Shown here: piece by piece, positions 7,118 to 15,329 of the stretch
Numbering within the stretch: position 1 is the stretch's first letter
Layout: each line of letters opens with the position of its first letter
From: Chthoniobacteraceae bacterium
GTDB lineage: Bacteria; Verrucomicrobiota; Verrucomicrobiia; Chthoniobacterales; Chthoniobacteraceae
Assembly (NCBI GenBank): GCA_031409655.1
Contig: JANNXQ010000094.1
Coordinates: 1-19,080, forward strand
DNA length: 19,080 nt
Direction of reading: 5' to 3'
Made by a program: the position numbers and the translations under genes
Notes under the pieces: model-generated
Seen by the model: the letters and a program-made list of their open reading frames with translations, nothing else
Databases searched by the model: none
What the model was told of the DNA's origin: nothing

Positions 7118-7148
7118 GGCAGTCTTTCGCTGCAGACGGCCCCACGAA

Positions 7149-8357
7149 CTACGCCGGCTCGTGTTTTTTGAGTTCCCGCTTCCACTCCCGCACCTGCGTC
7201 TTCGCAGCTTCCATCTTCTCCGGCGTCTGGTTGCACAGCACCACGCCCATGAGCGCGGAGAGATGATAGTGCCGCACGATGAACTTCTTCTTCGTCCGAT
7301 CGCCCTCGATCTCGAAGCGCGTCGCCACCTTGGTAAAGTCACCCACGAAGTCGAAGCGCAGATCGAAGACCTGGCTCCAGCAATGCGGCATCCAGTCCCA
7401 CTTGATCCGCTTTTTGCCGGTCATATTGGCGCCCGCCACACGGCCTTGCGCGATCGCGGAATCGTGGTGATCGACGCGCCGCACACTCCCGAAGACGTGA
7501 TCGGGATAGAGCGCGATGTCGCCCGCCGCAAAGATCCCCTTTTCGTCCGTCTCGAGGTAGTCGTTCACCGGGGTGCCGTTCGGATAGTTGAGCGGAGTAT
7601 TGAGGAAAAGGCCGTTATTCATGTCCGCACCGAGCGCAACCACCGCAGCGCCGGCGGCGAAACGCTGCCCACTTTTCGTCTGCACATTGCGCAAGACGGT
7701 GCGGCCTTCAAAGCCATTCAGCGCCTCGCCCATACAGAGCTTCACGCCCTGTTTGGCAAAGTAAGCCGTCAGCCAGGCCGCGGTCTCGGCATCCAGAATG
7801 CGCCCCAAAATGTGCGCGCCGCGATGCATCACCGTGACCTGCGCCTTGGGCAACTGGCTGAGGAGAGCGGCCGTTTCGGCAGCGAGAAAGCCGCCGCCGA
7901 TCACCACCACATTGCGCTCGAGGTCCACCACCTCGCGGAGCGCCTGGAGATCGCGCACCGAGCGGAGGTAGAAAACATTGCCCAGATTTGCTCCGGCCAT
8001 CGGCAGTCGCCGGGCGCGGCAGCCCGTGGCGACGAGCGCCTTGCGAAACTCCACGGCCTGGCCATTGCCCAGCACCGCGAGATGCCGCTCGATATTGAGC
8101 TGGCTCACGAGGGTATCCAGACGCACGTCGATCTTCTGCTTTGCAAACCACGCCTCGTCCTGCACGAGCAACTTCGCCGGCGAAGCGGGCGCACTCTTGC
8201 CGAGATACGATTTCAGCAGCAGCGGGCGGTGGTAAGGGAGCACGGTTTCATTGCCCACCAGCATGATGCTGCCCTTTTTGTCGTGCTCGCGGATGCCTTC
8301 GCACGCCCCGACGCCCGCGACTCCGGCTCCAACGATAAGATAGTCTCGGCGAATCAT
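7149..8357 (-). CDS. NAD(P)/FAD-dependent oxidoreductase (ferredoxin reductase-like)
   Basis: LIVGAGVAG, YHRPLL, LVATG, VVIGGGFLAAE and IFAAGD. Start taken at ATG 8357. Confidence 0.9.
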   Translation of the reverse strand: MIRRDYLIVGAGVAGVGACEGIREHDKKGSIMLVGNETVLPYHRPLLLKSYLGKSAPASPAKLLVQDEAWFAKQKIDVRLDTLVSQLNIERHLAVLGNGQAVEFRKALVATGCRARRLPMAGANLGNVFYLRSVRDLQALREVVDLERNVVVIGGGFLAAETAALLSQLPKAQVTVMHRGAHILGRILDAETAAWLTAYFAKQGVKLCMGEALNGFEGRTVLRNVQTKSGQRFAAGAAVVALGADMNNGLFLNTPLNYPNGTPVNDYLETDEKGIFAAGDIALYPDHVFGSVRRVDHHDSAIAQGRVAGANMTGKKRIKWDWMPHCWSQVFDLRFDFVGDFTKVATRFEIEGDRTKKKFIVRHYHLSALMGVVLCNQTPEKMEAAKTQVREWKRELKKHEPA

Positions 8358-8491
8358 TTCCTGTGGGGATAGCGGCAAGCACCGTGCCGCAGCGAGGAAA
8401 AAAATGCCGGACGCCGGGAATGTGTTCTCCACCGCGCACGGCATTCCACTTTCCACCGCCACTGGCCACTGCGTAGCCTGCCCAGCCGCGC

Positions 8492-9562
8492 ATGATAGCT
8501 CTGACGATCGAAAATCTCACCAAGCGCTTCGGCGACACCGTCGCGCTGAATCGGATCAATCTCAGCATCGGCGCGGGCGAGATCTTTTTCCTGCTCGGCC
8601 CGAGCGGCTGCGGGAAGACGACGCTCCTGCGCTCCATCGCCGGCTTTTATCTGCCGGAGGAAGGGCGCATCCTTTTCGGTGACGAAGAGGTGACGCACGT
8701 GCCGCCGCATCTCCGGAATACGGGGATGATGTTTCAAAGCTACGCGCTCTGGCCGCACCTCACGGTGGCGCGCAATGTGGCCTTCGGGCTCGAGGAGCGG
8801 AAGGTCCCCACGGCGGAAATCTCGCAGCGGGTCGGGCAGGCGCTGGAGCAGGTGAAGATGGGGCAATACGGCGAGCGGAAGATCCATCAGCTCTCGGGCG
8901 GTCAACAGCAGCGGGTGGCCCTCGCGCGGGCGCTCGTCATCCGTCCGCGGTGCCTGCTGCTCGATGAGCCGCTCTCCAATCTCGATGCGCGCCTGCGCGT
9001 CGAGATGCGCACGGAGATCCGGCGCATCTGCAAGGAATTCGGCCTGACCGCGATCTACGTCACCCACGATCAGAAAGAGGCGCTCTCCATCGCCGATCGA
9101 ATGGCGATCCTGGAAGGTGGACACATTCGCCAGGCCGGGACGCCGGCGGACGTGTATCGGCATCCGCATTCCAAGTTCGTCGCGGACTTCATGGGTGAGA
9201 CAAATTTCCTGACCGGCAAAGTGGCGTCCGTGGATGGCGACAAAGTGCGCGTGGAAACACCGCTCCGCATTTTTGAAATCACGCTGGGTCGCAACGACTG
9301 GCAGCCGAAGATTGGCGACGGCTGCGCGCTTTCGATCCGTCCGGAAAGCTGGCGGCTCTCCACCACTGACTCGGCGGAAAATTCCGTGCCGGGTCGCATC
9401 CACGACCGCGTCTATCTCGGCGAGATGGCGCAGTATCAATTCACCACTGGCCCGCAGACGCTGAAGATCTTTGAGTTGAATCCGAAATTCGTGGAACTGA
9501 GTCCCGAGCGCGAAGTCTTCGCCAGCGTCGCCCCGGAAGATGTGGTCGCCCTGCCCACATGA
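8492..9562 (+). CDS. ABC transporter ATP-binding protein (PotA/FbpC-like, C-terminal TOBE)
   Basis: Walker A GPSGCGKT, LSGGQQQR, LLLDEP and YVTHDQKEA. Confidence 0.93.
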   Translation: MIALTIENLTKRFGDTVALNRINLSIGAGEIFFLLGPSGCGKTTLLRSIAGFYLPEEGRILFGDEEVTHVPPHLRNTGMMFQSYALWPHLTVARNVAFGLEERKVPTAEISQRVGQALEQVKMGQYGERKIHQLSGGQQQRVALARALVIRPRCLLLDEPLSNLDARLRVEMRTEIRRICKEFGLTAIYVTHDQKEALSIADRMAILEGGHIRQAGTPADVYRHPHSKFVADFMGETNFLTGKVASVDGDKVRVETPLRIFEITLGRNDWQPKIGDGCALSIRPESWRLSTTDSAENSVPGRIHDRVYLGEMAQYQFTTGPQTLKIFELNPKFVELSPEREVFASVAPEDVVALPT

Positions 9563-9590
9563 GTGCGCGCGGTGAAAGTATTCCGCTGAC

Positions 9591-11207
9591 ATGCTGAAGT
9601 CCGCCGCCGTCGCTCTTTTGCTGCTCGTAGTGCTGCTCGGACCGCTGATCTTTCGTCCGCAAGGCGAGTCCGCGCCGCAGCCTGGTGAACGCTCGGTTGT
9701 CATCGTCACCCCGCACATCGAATCCATCCGCTACGAATTTGCGCGCGCCTTTGAGCAGCGGCACCTCGAGCGCACGGGCGAGAGGGTGCATGTGGACTAC
9801 CGCACCCCCGGCGGCACGAACGAGATCGGCCGCTACATCGCGTCGGAATATTTCGCCGCCTTCAAAAACCACTGGACCCGCACCCTCGGTCGCAAGTGGA
9901 GCCGCGCGGTCGAACTCAGCTTCGACAATCCCAAGGTCGTGCTCGACGACTCGCCTGCCGATGACACGCCAGAGCAGCAGGCCCGCCGCGCTTTTCTCGC
10001 GTCGGAAGTGAGCAGCAAGCTCGACCTCTTTTTTGGCGGCGGCCCCTACGACTTCGAGCAGCAGGCGCGCGCTGGACGACTCGTCGATAGCGGCTTCATC
10101 CGCGAGCATCCAGAGCTGTATGGCGAAGGTCCGGGAAAAATCCCGCCGATCCTCAGCGGCGAACCTTTCTACGATCCGCAAGGGCGCTGGATCGGCGCGG
10201 TGCTCTCCTCCTTCGGCATCGTCCACAACGTCGATTCCCTGCGCCGCCTCGGCATCACCCAGCCGCCCGCACAGTGGGACGATCTCGCCGATCCGCGTTA
10301 CTTTCACCAGATCGCCATGGCGAATCCAACGCAGAGCGGCTCGGTCAGTAAATCCTTTGAAATGCTGATCCAGCAACAGATGCAGCGTGAGGTCGCAGCG
10401 CGCGGCCCGCTTTCTCCCGAGCAGGAAAAGGAAGCCCTCGCCGCCGGTTGGACGCGCGCGCTGCGGCTGCTCCAGAAGATCGGGGCCAACGCCCGCTACT
10501 TCACCGATGCCTCGACGAAGATCGCGCTCGATGTGGAAGCAGGCGAAGCCGCCGCCGGTATGACCATCGACTTCTACGGCCGCTTCCAAAGCGAGGCGGT
10601 GCGCAAGCCCGATGGCTCATCGCGCGTCCAATACGTCAATGTCGTCGGCGGCTCGTCCGTGACCGTCGATCCCATCGGCCTCTTCCGCGGTGCGCCGAAT
10701 CGCGAGCTGGCGAAAGAGTTCCTCGCCTTTGTCCTCTCCGCCGATGGGCAGAAGTTGTGGAATTGGAAGGTCGGCACGCCCGGCGGGCCCCAGCGCTACG
10801 CCATTCGCCGGCCACCGATTTTACCCGCGCTCTACGTGCCGGAGTTCCAGCAGTTTCGCAGCGACCCTGAGATCGCGCCTTACGAACTCGCGAAGACTTT
10901 CACCTATCACGAAAAGTGGACCGCTCCCCTCTTCCGCCCGATCGCCTTCGTCTTCCGACTCATGTGCATCGACACCCACGGAGAACAGACGGACGCCTGG
11001 CGCGCCCTGATCGAGGCCGGCTTTCCGCCCGAAGCGAAAGCCGTCTTTGAGGACGTGAGCGCGATCGACTACGCGATCGCCGGCAGCCGGATCCGCGAGG
11101 CGCTGAGCGGCGATAAGATCAAGGAAGTGCAACTCGCCAAGGAACTGGCCGACGGCTTTCGCGCGCAGTATCGCCGCGCGGCGGAACTGGCCCGCGCCGG
11201 GCGCTAG
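9591..11207 (+). CDS. ABC transporter extracellular solute-binding protein (AfuA/Fe3+-like family)
   Basis: N-terminal hydrophobic anchor, IVTPH, DLFFGGG, PAQWDDLADP, ANPTQSGS and APNRELAKEFLAFVLSADGQ. Confidence 0.85.
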   Translation: MLKSAAVALLLLVVLLGPLIFRPQGESAPQPGERSVVIVTPHIESIRYEFARAFEQRHLERTGERVHVDYRTPGGTNEIGRYIASEYFAAFKNHWTRTLGRKWSRAVELSFDNPKVVLDDSPADDTPEQQARRAFLASEVSSKLDLFFGGGPYDFEQQARAGRLVDSGFIREHPELYGEGPGKIPPILSGEPFYDPQGRWIGAVLSSFGIVHNVDSLRRLGITQPPAQWDDLADPRYFHQIAMANPTQSGSVSKSFEMLIQQQMQREVAARGPLSPEQEKEALAAGWTRALRLLQKIGANARYFTDASTKIALDVEAGEAAAGMTIDFYGRFQSEAVRKPDGSSRVQYVNVVGGSSVTVDPIGLFRGAPNRELAKEFLAFVLSADGQKLWNWKVGTPGGPQRYAIRRPPILPALYVPEFQQFRSDPEIAPYELAKTFTYHEKWTAPLFRPIAFVFRLMCIDTHGEQTDAWRALIEAGFPPEAKAVFEDVSAIDYAIAGSRIREALSGDKIKEVQLAKELADGFRAQYRRAAELARAGR

Positions 11208-11232
11208 GTCCGCGACGAATCTCCGCCCGCCG

Positions 11233-12579
11233 ATGCTCCCTGAATCCCACGACGCCGAGATCCCCAGGGGCAGCGATCCCTATGCGGCCTTCCGCTTCAG
11301 CGACTATCGCCGATATTTCATCGGCGGATTCATCTCCGTGATTGGCCGCCAGATGCTCGCCGTCGCCATTGGCTGGGAAGTCTATCAGCGCACCCATTCC
11401 GCCACGGCGCTCGGCCTGGTGGGGCTCATGGGCGCGATCCCCGTCATCCTGCTCTCCCTGCCAGCGGGGCACATCGCGGACCGGCTCAGCCGGAAGTGGA
11501 TCATCATCCTTGCGCAGTGCCTGCTCGTCGTCACGTCGCTGGCGCTTGGCTGGCTCGCGCTCGGGCACACCGTGGCCTTGCCCGTCGAGTGGGCGCAGCG
11601 GGCGCTCTCCACGCTGGCCGCTTGGTTTGGGGAAAAAGAGCGCGTCGTTTTCGGACCGGAAGTGCCGCTGATTTATGGGCTCCTTTTGATCAATGGAACC
11701 GCCCGCGCCTTTGGCTGGGCCGCGCGCACGCCATACGCCGCGGGCCTCGTGCCGCGCCGGGCGCTGGCCAATGCGGTGACTTGGGGCAGCAGCAATTTCG
11801 AGATCGGCTCCATGGTCGGCCCGGCCATCGGCGGACTGCTCCTCGCGCAGTTCGGCTTCCCCTTTGTCTATGCGCTGGATGCCGGGTGCCAGCTCGCCTT
11901 CATCGCCTTTCTCCTCCCCACCCGCTCACGGCAGGAACCCCACGAGCCGACCGGCGAACATCCCGTGCGCGATCTGCTCGCCGGCCTGCGTTTCGTCTGG
12001 GGGAAGAAGGTGATTCTCGCGACGATCACCCTCGATCTCTTCGCTGTGCTGCTCGGCGGGTCGATTGCGCTCCTGCCGATGTTTGCCGAGCAGATCCTGC
12101 ACGTCGGTCCGGTCGGGCTGGGCTGGCTGCGCGCCGCGCCGTCCATCGGGGCCGTGACCATGGCCATGGCGCTCACCCATCTGCCACCGATGCGCCGCGC
12201 TGGCGTCGCGATGCTCTGGGCGGTCGCGGTCTTCGGCGTGGCCACGATCGTCTTCGGGCTCTCGCAAAACTACTGGCTCTCCCTCGCCGCGCTCGCCCTC
12301 ACCGGCGCCGCAGACAATATCAGCGTCGTCGTCCGCCACACCCTCGTGCAACTGATGACGCCGGACCAAATGCGCGGCCGCGTCGCCGCGGTGAACAACA
12401 TTTTCATTGGCTCTTCGAATGAACTCGGGGCGTTTGAGAGTGGACTGACGGCGGCCTATTTCGGGCCGGTGCTTTCGGTGGTCGGCGGCGGCATCGGGAC
12501 GATCCTCGCGGTGCTGGCGGTCGTGGCGATCTGGCCGGAAGTCCGCCGCATCGGCCCGCTCGCGCGAGCGGGTGGATGA
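11233..12579 (+). CDS. MFS transporter (EntS/H+ antiporter-like)
   Basis: Multiple TM segments, GHIADRLSRK (MFS motif A), LDLFAVLLGG and TPDQMRGRV. Confidence 0.9.
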   Translation: MLPESHDAEIPRGSDPYAAFRFSDYRRYFIGGFISVIGRQMLAVAIGWEVYQRTHSATALGLVGLMGAIPVILLSLPAGHIADRLSRKWIIILAQCLLVVTSLALGWLALGHTVALPVEWAQRALSTLAAWFGEKERVVFGPEVPLIYGLLLINGTARAFGWAARTPYAAGLVPRRALANAVTWGSSNFEIGSMVGPAIGGLLLAQFGFPFVYALDAGCQLAFIAFLLPTRSRQEPHEPTGEHPVRDLLAGLRFVWGKKVILATITLDLFAVLLGGSIALLPMFAEQILHVGPVGLGWLRAAPSIGAVTMAMALTHLPPMRRAGVAMLWAVAVFGVATIVFGLSQNYWLSLAALALTGAADNISVVVRHTLVQLMTPDQMRGRVAAVNNIFIGSSNELGAFESGLTAAYFGPVLSVVGGGIGTILAVLAVVAIWPEVRRIGPLARAGG

Positions 12580-12710
12580 TCTGGGAACGCCGCCGTCCCG
12601 TGCGGCATCGTTATCCTTGCGCGCAGCGCCGCTCCTTCATGGCCGGCGTCGAGAATGGCGCTGCGCGCGATCGTCACAATGCCGCACGGGACGGCGGCGC
12701 TCCCAGATCA
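12577..12710. repeat. REPIN-like palindromic element, copy 1
   Basis: 32-bp inverted arms 12577-12608 and 12679-12710 with one mismatch, plus an inner gcgcgcagcgcc/ggcgctgcgcgc pair. Confidence 0.9.
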
Positions 12711-14468
12711 CATCCGCTCGGGCACTCCGATGCCGAGCAGGCCCAGCCCCTTTTGCAAGGTGCGCGCCGTCGCGTCGCAGAGCGCCAGCCGGGCCGCGCG
12801 CGTGTCCCCTTCACTCTTCAAGACCGGGCACGCTTCGTAGAATCCGTGGAAGGTGTTGGCCAGTTCGAAGAGATAGTTCGCGAGCAGATTGGGCCGGTGA
12901 TCTTCCAGCACTTGTGGGATGACTTCCCCGAACTGGAAGAGCTTCTTCGCCAGCGCAAGCTCCGCGGCCTCGCCAAATCTGAAATCTGAAATCTGAAATT
13001 TGAAATCCTCTCCCGCCTTGCGGAAGATGGACCGGATCCGCACGTAAGCGTTCTGGAGATACGGCGCGGTGTTGCCTTGCAGGCTCAGCAGCTTGTCCCA
13101 CGCGAAGACGTAATCACTCTGCCGATTCGGCAGCAGGTCCGCGTATTTCACTGCGCCGAGACCGATGATCCGCGCGATGTCGCGGCGCTCCGTCTCCGCG
13201 AGGTCGGGATTCTTTTCCGCGACGATCTTCCACGCACGCTCCTCAGCTTCGTCGAGCAGGTCGGTGAGCTTGATGGTGTCGCCGCTGCGCGTTTTGAAAG
13301 GCTTGCCGTCGTCGCCGAGGATCGAACCGAACCAGACATGCGCGAGCCGCACTTTCTCGGCGAACTCTGGCTGCCAGCGGCGGAAGATCGCGAAGAACTG
13401 CCGGAAGTGGAGCTGCTGCCGGCCATCCGTCACATAGACGATCTCGTCCGGTGTCCACTCGTTCATCCGATAGCGCAGCGTCGCCAGATCGGTGGTGGTG
13501 TAATTCGCCGCACCGTCACTCTTTTGCACCAGCGCGGGATTCTTCCGCCAGCCTTCCTTGTCTTTGACGAGAAAGGGATCGCTCTCCGCGGGGATCGAGC
13601 CGTCGCTGAACACGCAGAGCGCGCCCCCGCTCTCCGCGGCAATGCCCCGCTCGCGCAGTTCAGCCACCACTTGCTTCAGCCACGGATTGTAGAAGCTCTC
13701 GCCGAGCGCGACGTCGAAGCGCACCCCGAGCCGCCCATAGATCGCGTCGAACTGCGCCTGCGAAAGCCGGATCATTTCTTTCCAGATGCAAAGATTCTCC
13801 GCATCGCCGCCTTGCAACTTCACGAGTTCCGCGCGCGCGGCATCGAGCGTCGCCGGGTCTTCTTTGCAACGCGCGGAGATGAGTTTGTAAATCCGCTCCA
13901 TCTCGCCGAGCGGGTCGGCCTCGAGCGCCGCGCGGTCCATTTCCGTGCGCCAGCCCACGAGCAACATCCCGAACTGCGTGCCCCAGTCGCCGATGTGATT
14001 GTCCCGCACCACGCGATGACCGACGAACTCCGCGATCCGTGCGAGCGCATCGCCGAGAATGGTCGAGCGGATGTGGCCGACGTGCATCGGCTTCGCGACA
14101 TTCGGCGAGCTGAAATCGATGACAATGGTCCGCTGGAGCGGCGGCGCGGGCACGCCGAGCCGCGCATCGTCCGCGAACTCCGCAAAGCGCGCGGAAAGCC
14201 ACTCGGGCTTGAGCCGGAAGTTGATGAAACCCGCACCGGCGATCTCCGGCGGCTCGCAGAAGTCGGCCACGTCCAGCTGGTCGATGATCTGCTGCGCGAG
14301 TTGGCGCGGATTCGCCCGCTGCTGCTTGGCGAGGATCATCCCGACATTCGTCTGGTAGTCGCCGAAACGCGCATCGGTCGTCGGCGTCACTTGCGGAACC
14401 GTCTCAGGCGACACGGTCGCGAGCGCGGTGCGAAGTCGGGCGATTAACAGATTGGGGATCGTTTCCAT
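12708..14468 (-). CDS. argS: Arginine--tRNA ligase
   Basis: FGDYQTN, IAGAGFINF, DFSSPNVAKPMHVGHIRSTILGD (HIGH region), GDWGTQFG, KPFKTRSG and GNTAPYLQ. Start taken at ATG 14468. Confidence 0.98.
   Translation of the reverse strand: METIPNLLIARLRTALATVSPETVPQVTPTTDARFGDYQTNVGMILAKQQRANPRQLAQQIIDQLDVADFCEPPEIAGAGFINFRLKPEWLSARFAEFADDARLGVPAPPLQRTIVIDFSSPNVAKPMHVGHIRSTILGDALARIAEFVGHRVVRDNHIGDWGTQFGMLLVGWRTEMDRAALEADPLGEMERIYKLISARCKEDPATLDAARAELVKLQGGDAENLCIWKEMIRLSQAQFDAIYGRLGVRFDVALGESFYNPWLKQVVAELRERGIAAESGGALCVFSDGSIPAESDPFLVKDKEGWRKNPALVQKSDGAANYTTTDLATLRYRMNEWTPDEIVYVTDGRQQLHFRQFFAIFRRWQPEFAEKVRLAHVWFGSILGDDGKPFKTRSGDTIKLTDLLDEAEERAWKIVAEKNPDLAETERRDIARIIGLGAVKYADLLPNRQSDYVFAWDKLLSLQGNTAPYLQNAYVRIRSIFRKAGEDFKFQISDFRFGEAAELALAKKLFQFGEVIPQVLEDHRPNLLANYLFELANTFHGFYEACPVLKSEGDTRAARLALCDATARTLQKGLGLLGIGVPERM
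12975..13007. repeat. Heptamer tandem repeat (AAATCTG)n inside argS
   Basis: aaatctg x3, aaatttg, aaatc. Encodes DFKFQISDFRF. Confidence 0.9.
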
Positions 14469-14533
14469 TGCGGGGTTTGTAGGAGTGGATTGAAAGGGTC
14501 GCAACATCCGTTGGCCGGGGCCGCGATCGGAGT

Positions 14534-14658
14534 CCTGGGAGCGCCGCCGTCCCGTGCGGCAAACCAACCAGCGCGCGCAGCGCCAAACTCTTCACCGTTG
14601 TCGGATGGCGCTTCGCGCAACGGATAGGTTTGCCGCACGGGACGGCGGCGCTCCCAGG
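14534..14658. repeat. REPIN-like palindromic element, copy 2
   Basis: Perfect 32-bp inverted arms 14534-14565 and 14627-14658. Same core CTGGGAGCGCCGCCGTCCCGTGCGGCA as copy 1. Confidence 0.92.
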
Positions 14659-14703
14659 CCAGCATCCGCGGGCCAGTGCACATTCGCGATTTCCCAAGCC
14701 GAC

Positions 14704-15171
14704 TTACGCCTTGGCCGGCGAATTCTCGAAGATCGCCAGGATTTCCGCGGCCGAGACGGCCGAGCCGAGGCGGTCGCGCACCGAGCGATCGTTGAGAAAC
14801 TTCGCGATCGCCGCCAGCGTCCGCAGATGGGTCTGAAACTGATCCTTCGGCACCACGAAGAGAACGATGAATTTCACCGGCGCATTGTCCAGCGACTCGA
14901 ATTCGATGCCGGTGCTGGAACGCCCAAACGCCGCGACCACTTTCTCCACCCGATCCGACGACGCGTGCGGGATGGCAATGCCAAAGCCGATACCGGTGCT
15001 CATGGTTTCCTCCCGCTGCCGCAGCGCACCGAGGACGACGTCGCGGTCGGGCTCCTTGATCTGCTTTTGCGCGACGAGGAGATCGACCAGTTCGACAATC
15101 GCGGTCCACCGTTCCGCCGATTTCATCTCCGGGATGATTTGATCGACCGAGAGTAAATTGCCGAGGGTCAT
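14704..15171 (-). CDS. PTS IIA domain protein (PtsN/fructose-type)
   Basis: REETMSTGIGFGIAIPH phospho-His motif, and FESLDNAPVKFIVL. Start taken at ATG 15171. Confidence 0.92.
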   Translation of the reverse strand: MTLGNLLSVDQIIPEMKSAERWTAIVELVDLLVAQKQIKEPDRDVVLGALRQREETMSTGIGFGIAIPHASSDRVEKVVAAFGRSSTGIEFESLDNAPVKFIVLFVVPKDQFQTHLRTLAAIAKFLNDRSVRDRLGSAVSAAEILAIFENSPAKA

Positions 15172-15245
15172 TCGAGGAAGAGGTGGCCTGAAAACACGGT
15201 CGGCGGAATTTAACAATCGGCCCCGACCTGACAAGCGCGAACTCT

Positions 15246-15328
15246 CGGAAGGATGAAGGACGAAGAAGGGTGCGCGCGAAAGCGCGGTATTCACTTCATC
15301 CTTCATCCTTCATCCTTCATCCTTTCCG
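15246..15328. repeat. Inverted heptamer repeats (GGATGAA / TTCATCC x4) in divergent intergenic region
   Basis: cggaaggatgaaggacgaag (15246-15265) versus ttcatcc x4 (15295-15322) followed by tttccg. Confidence 0.85.
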
Positions 15329-15329
15329 C

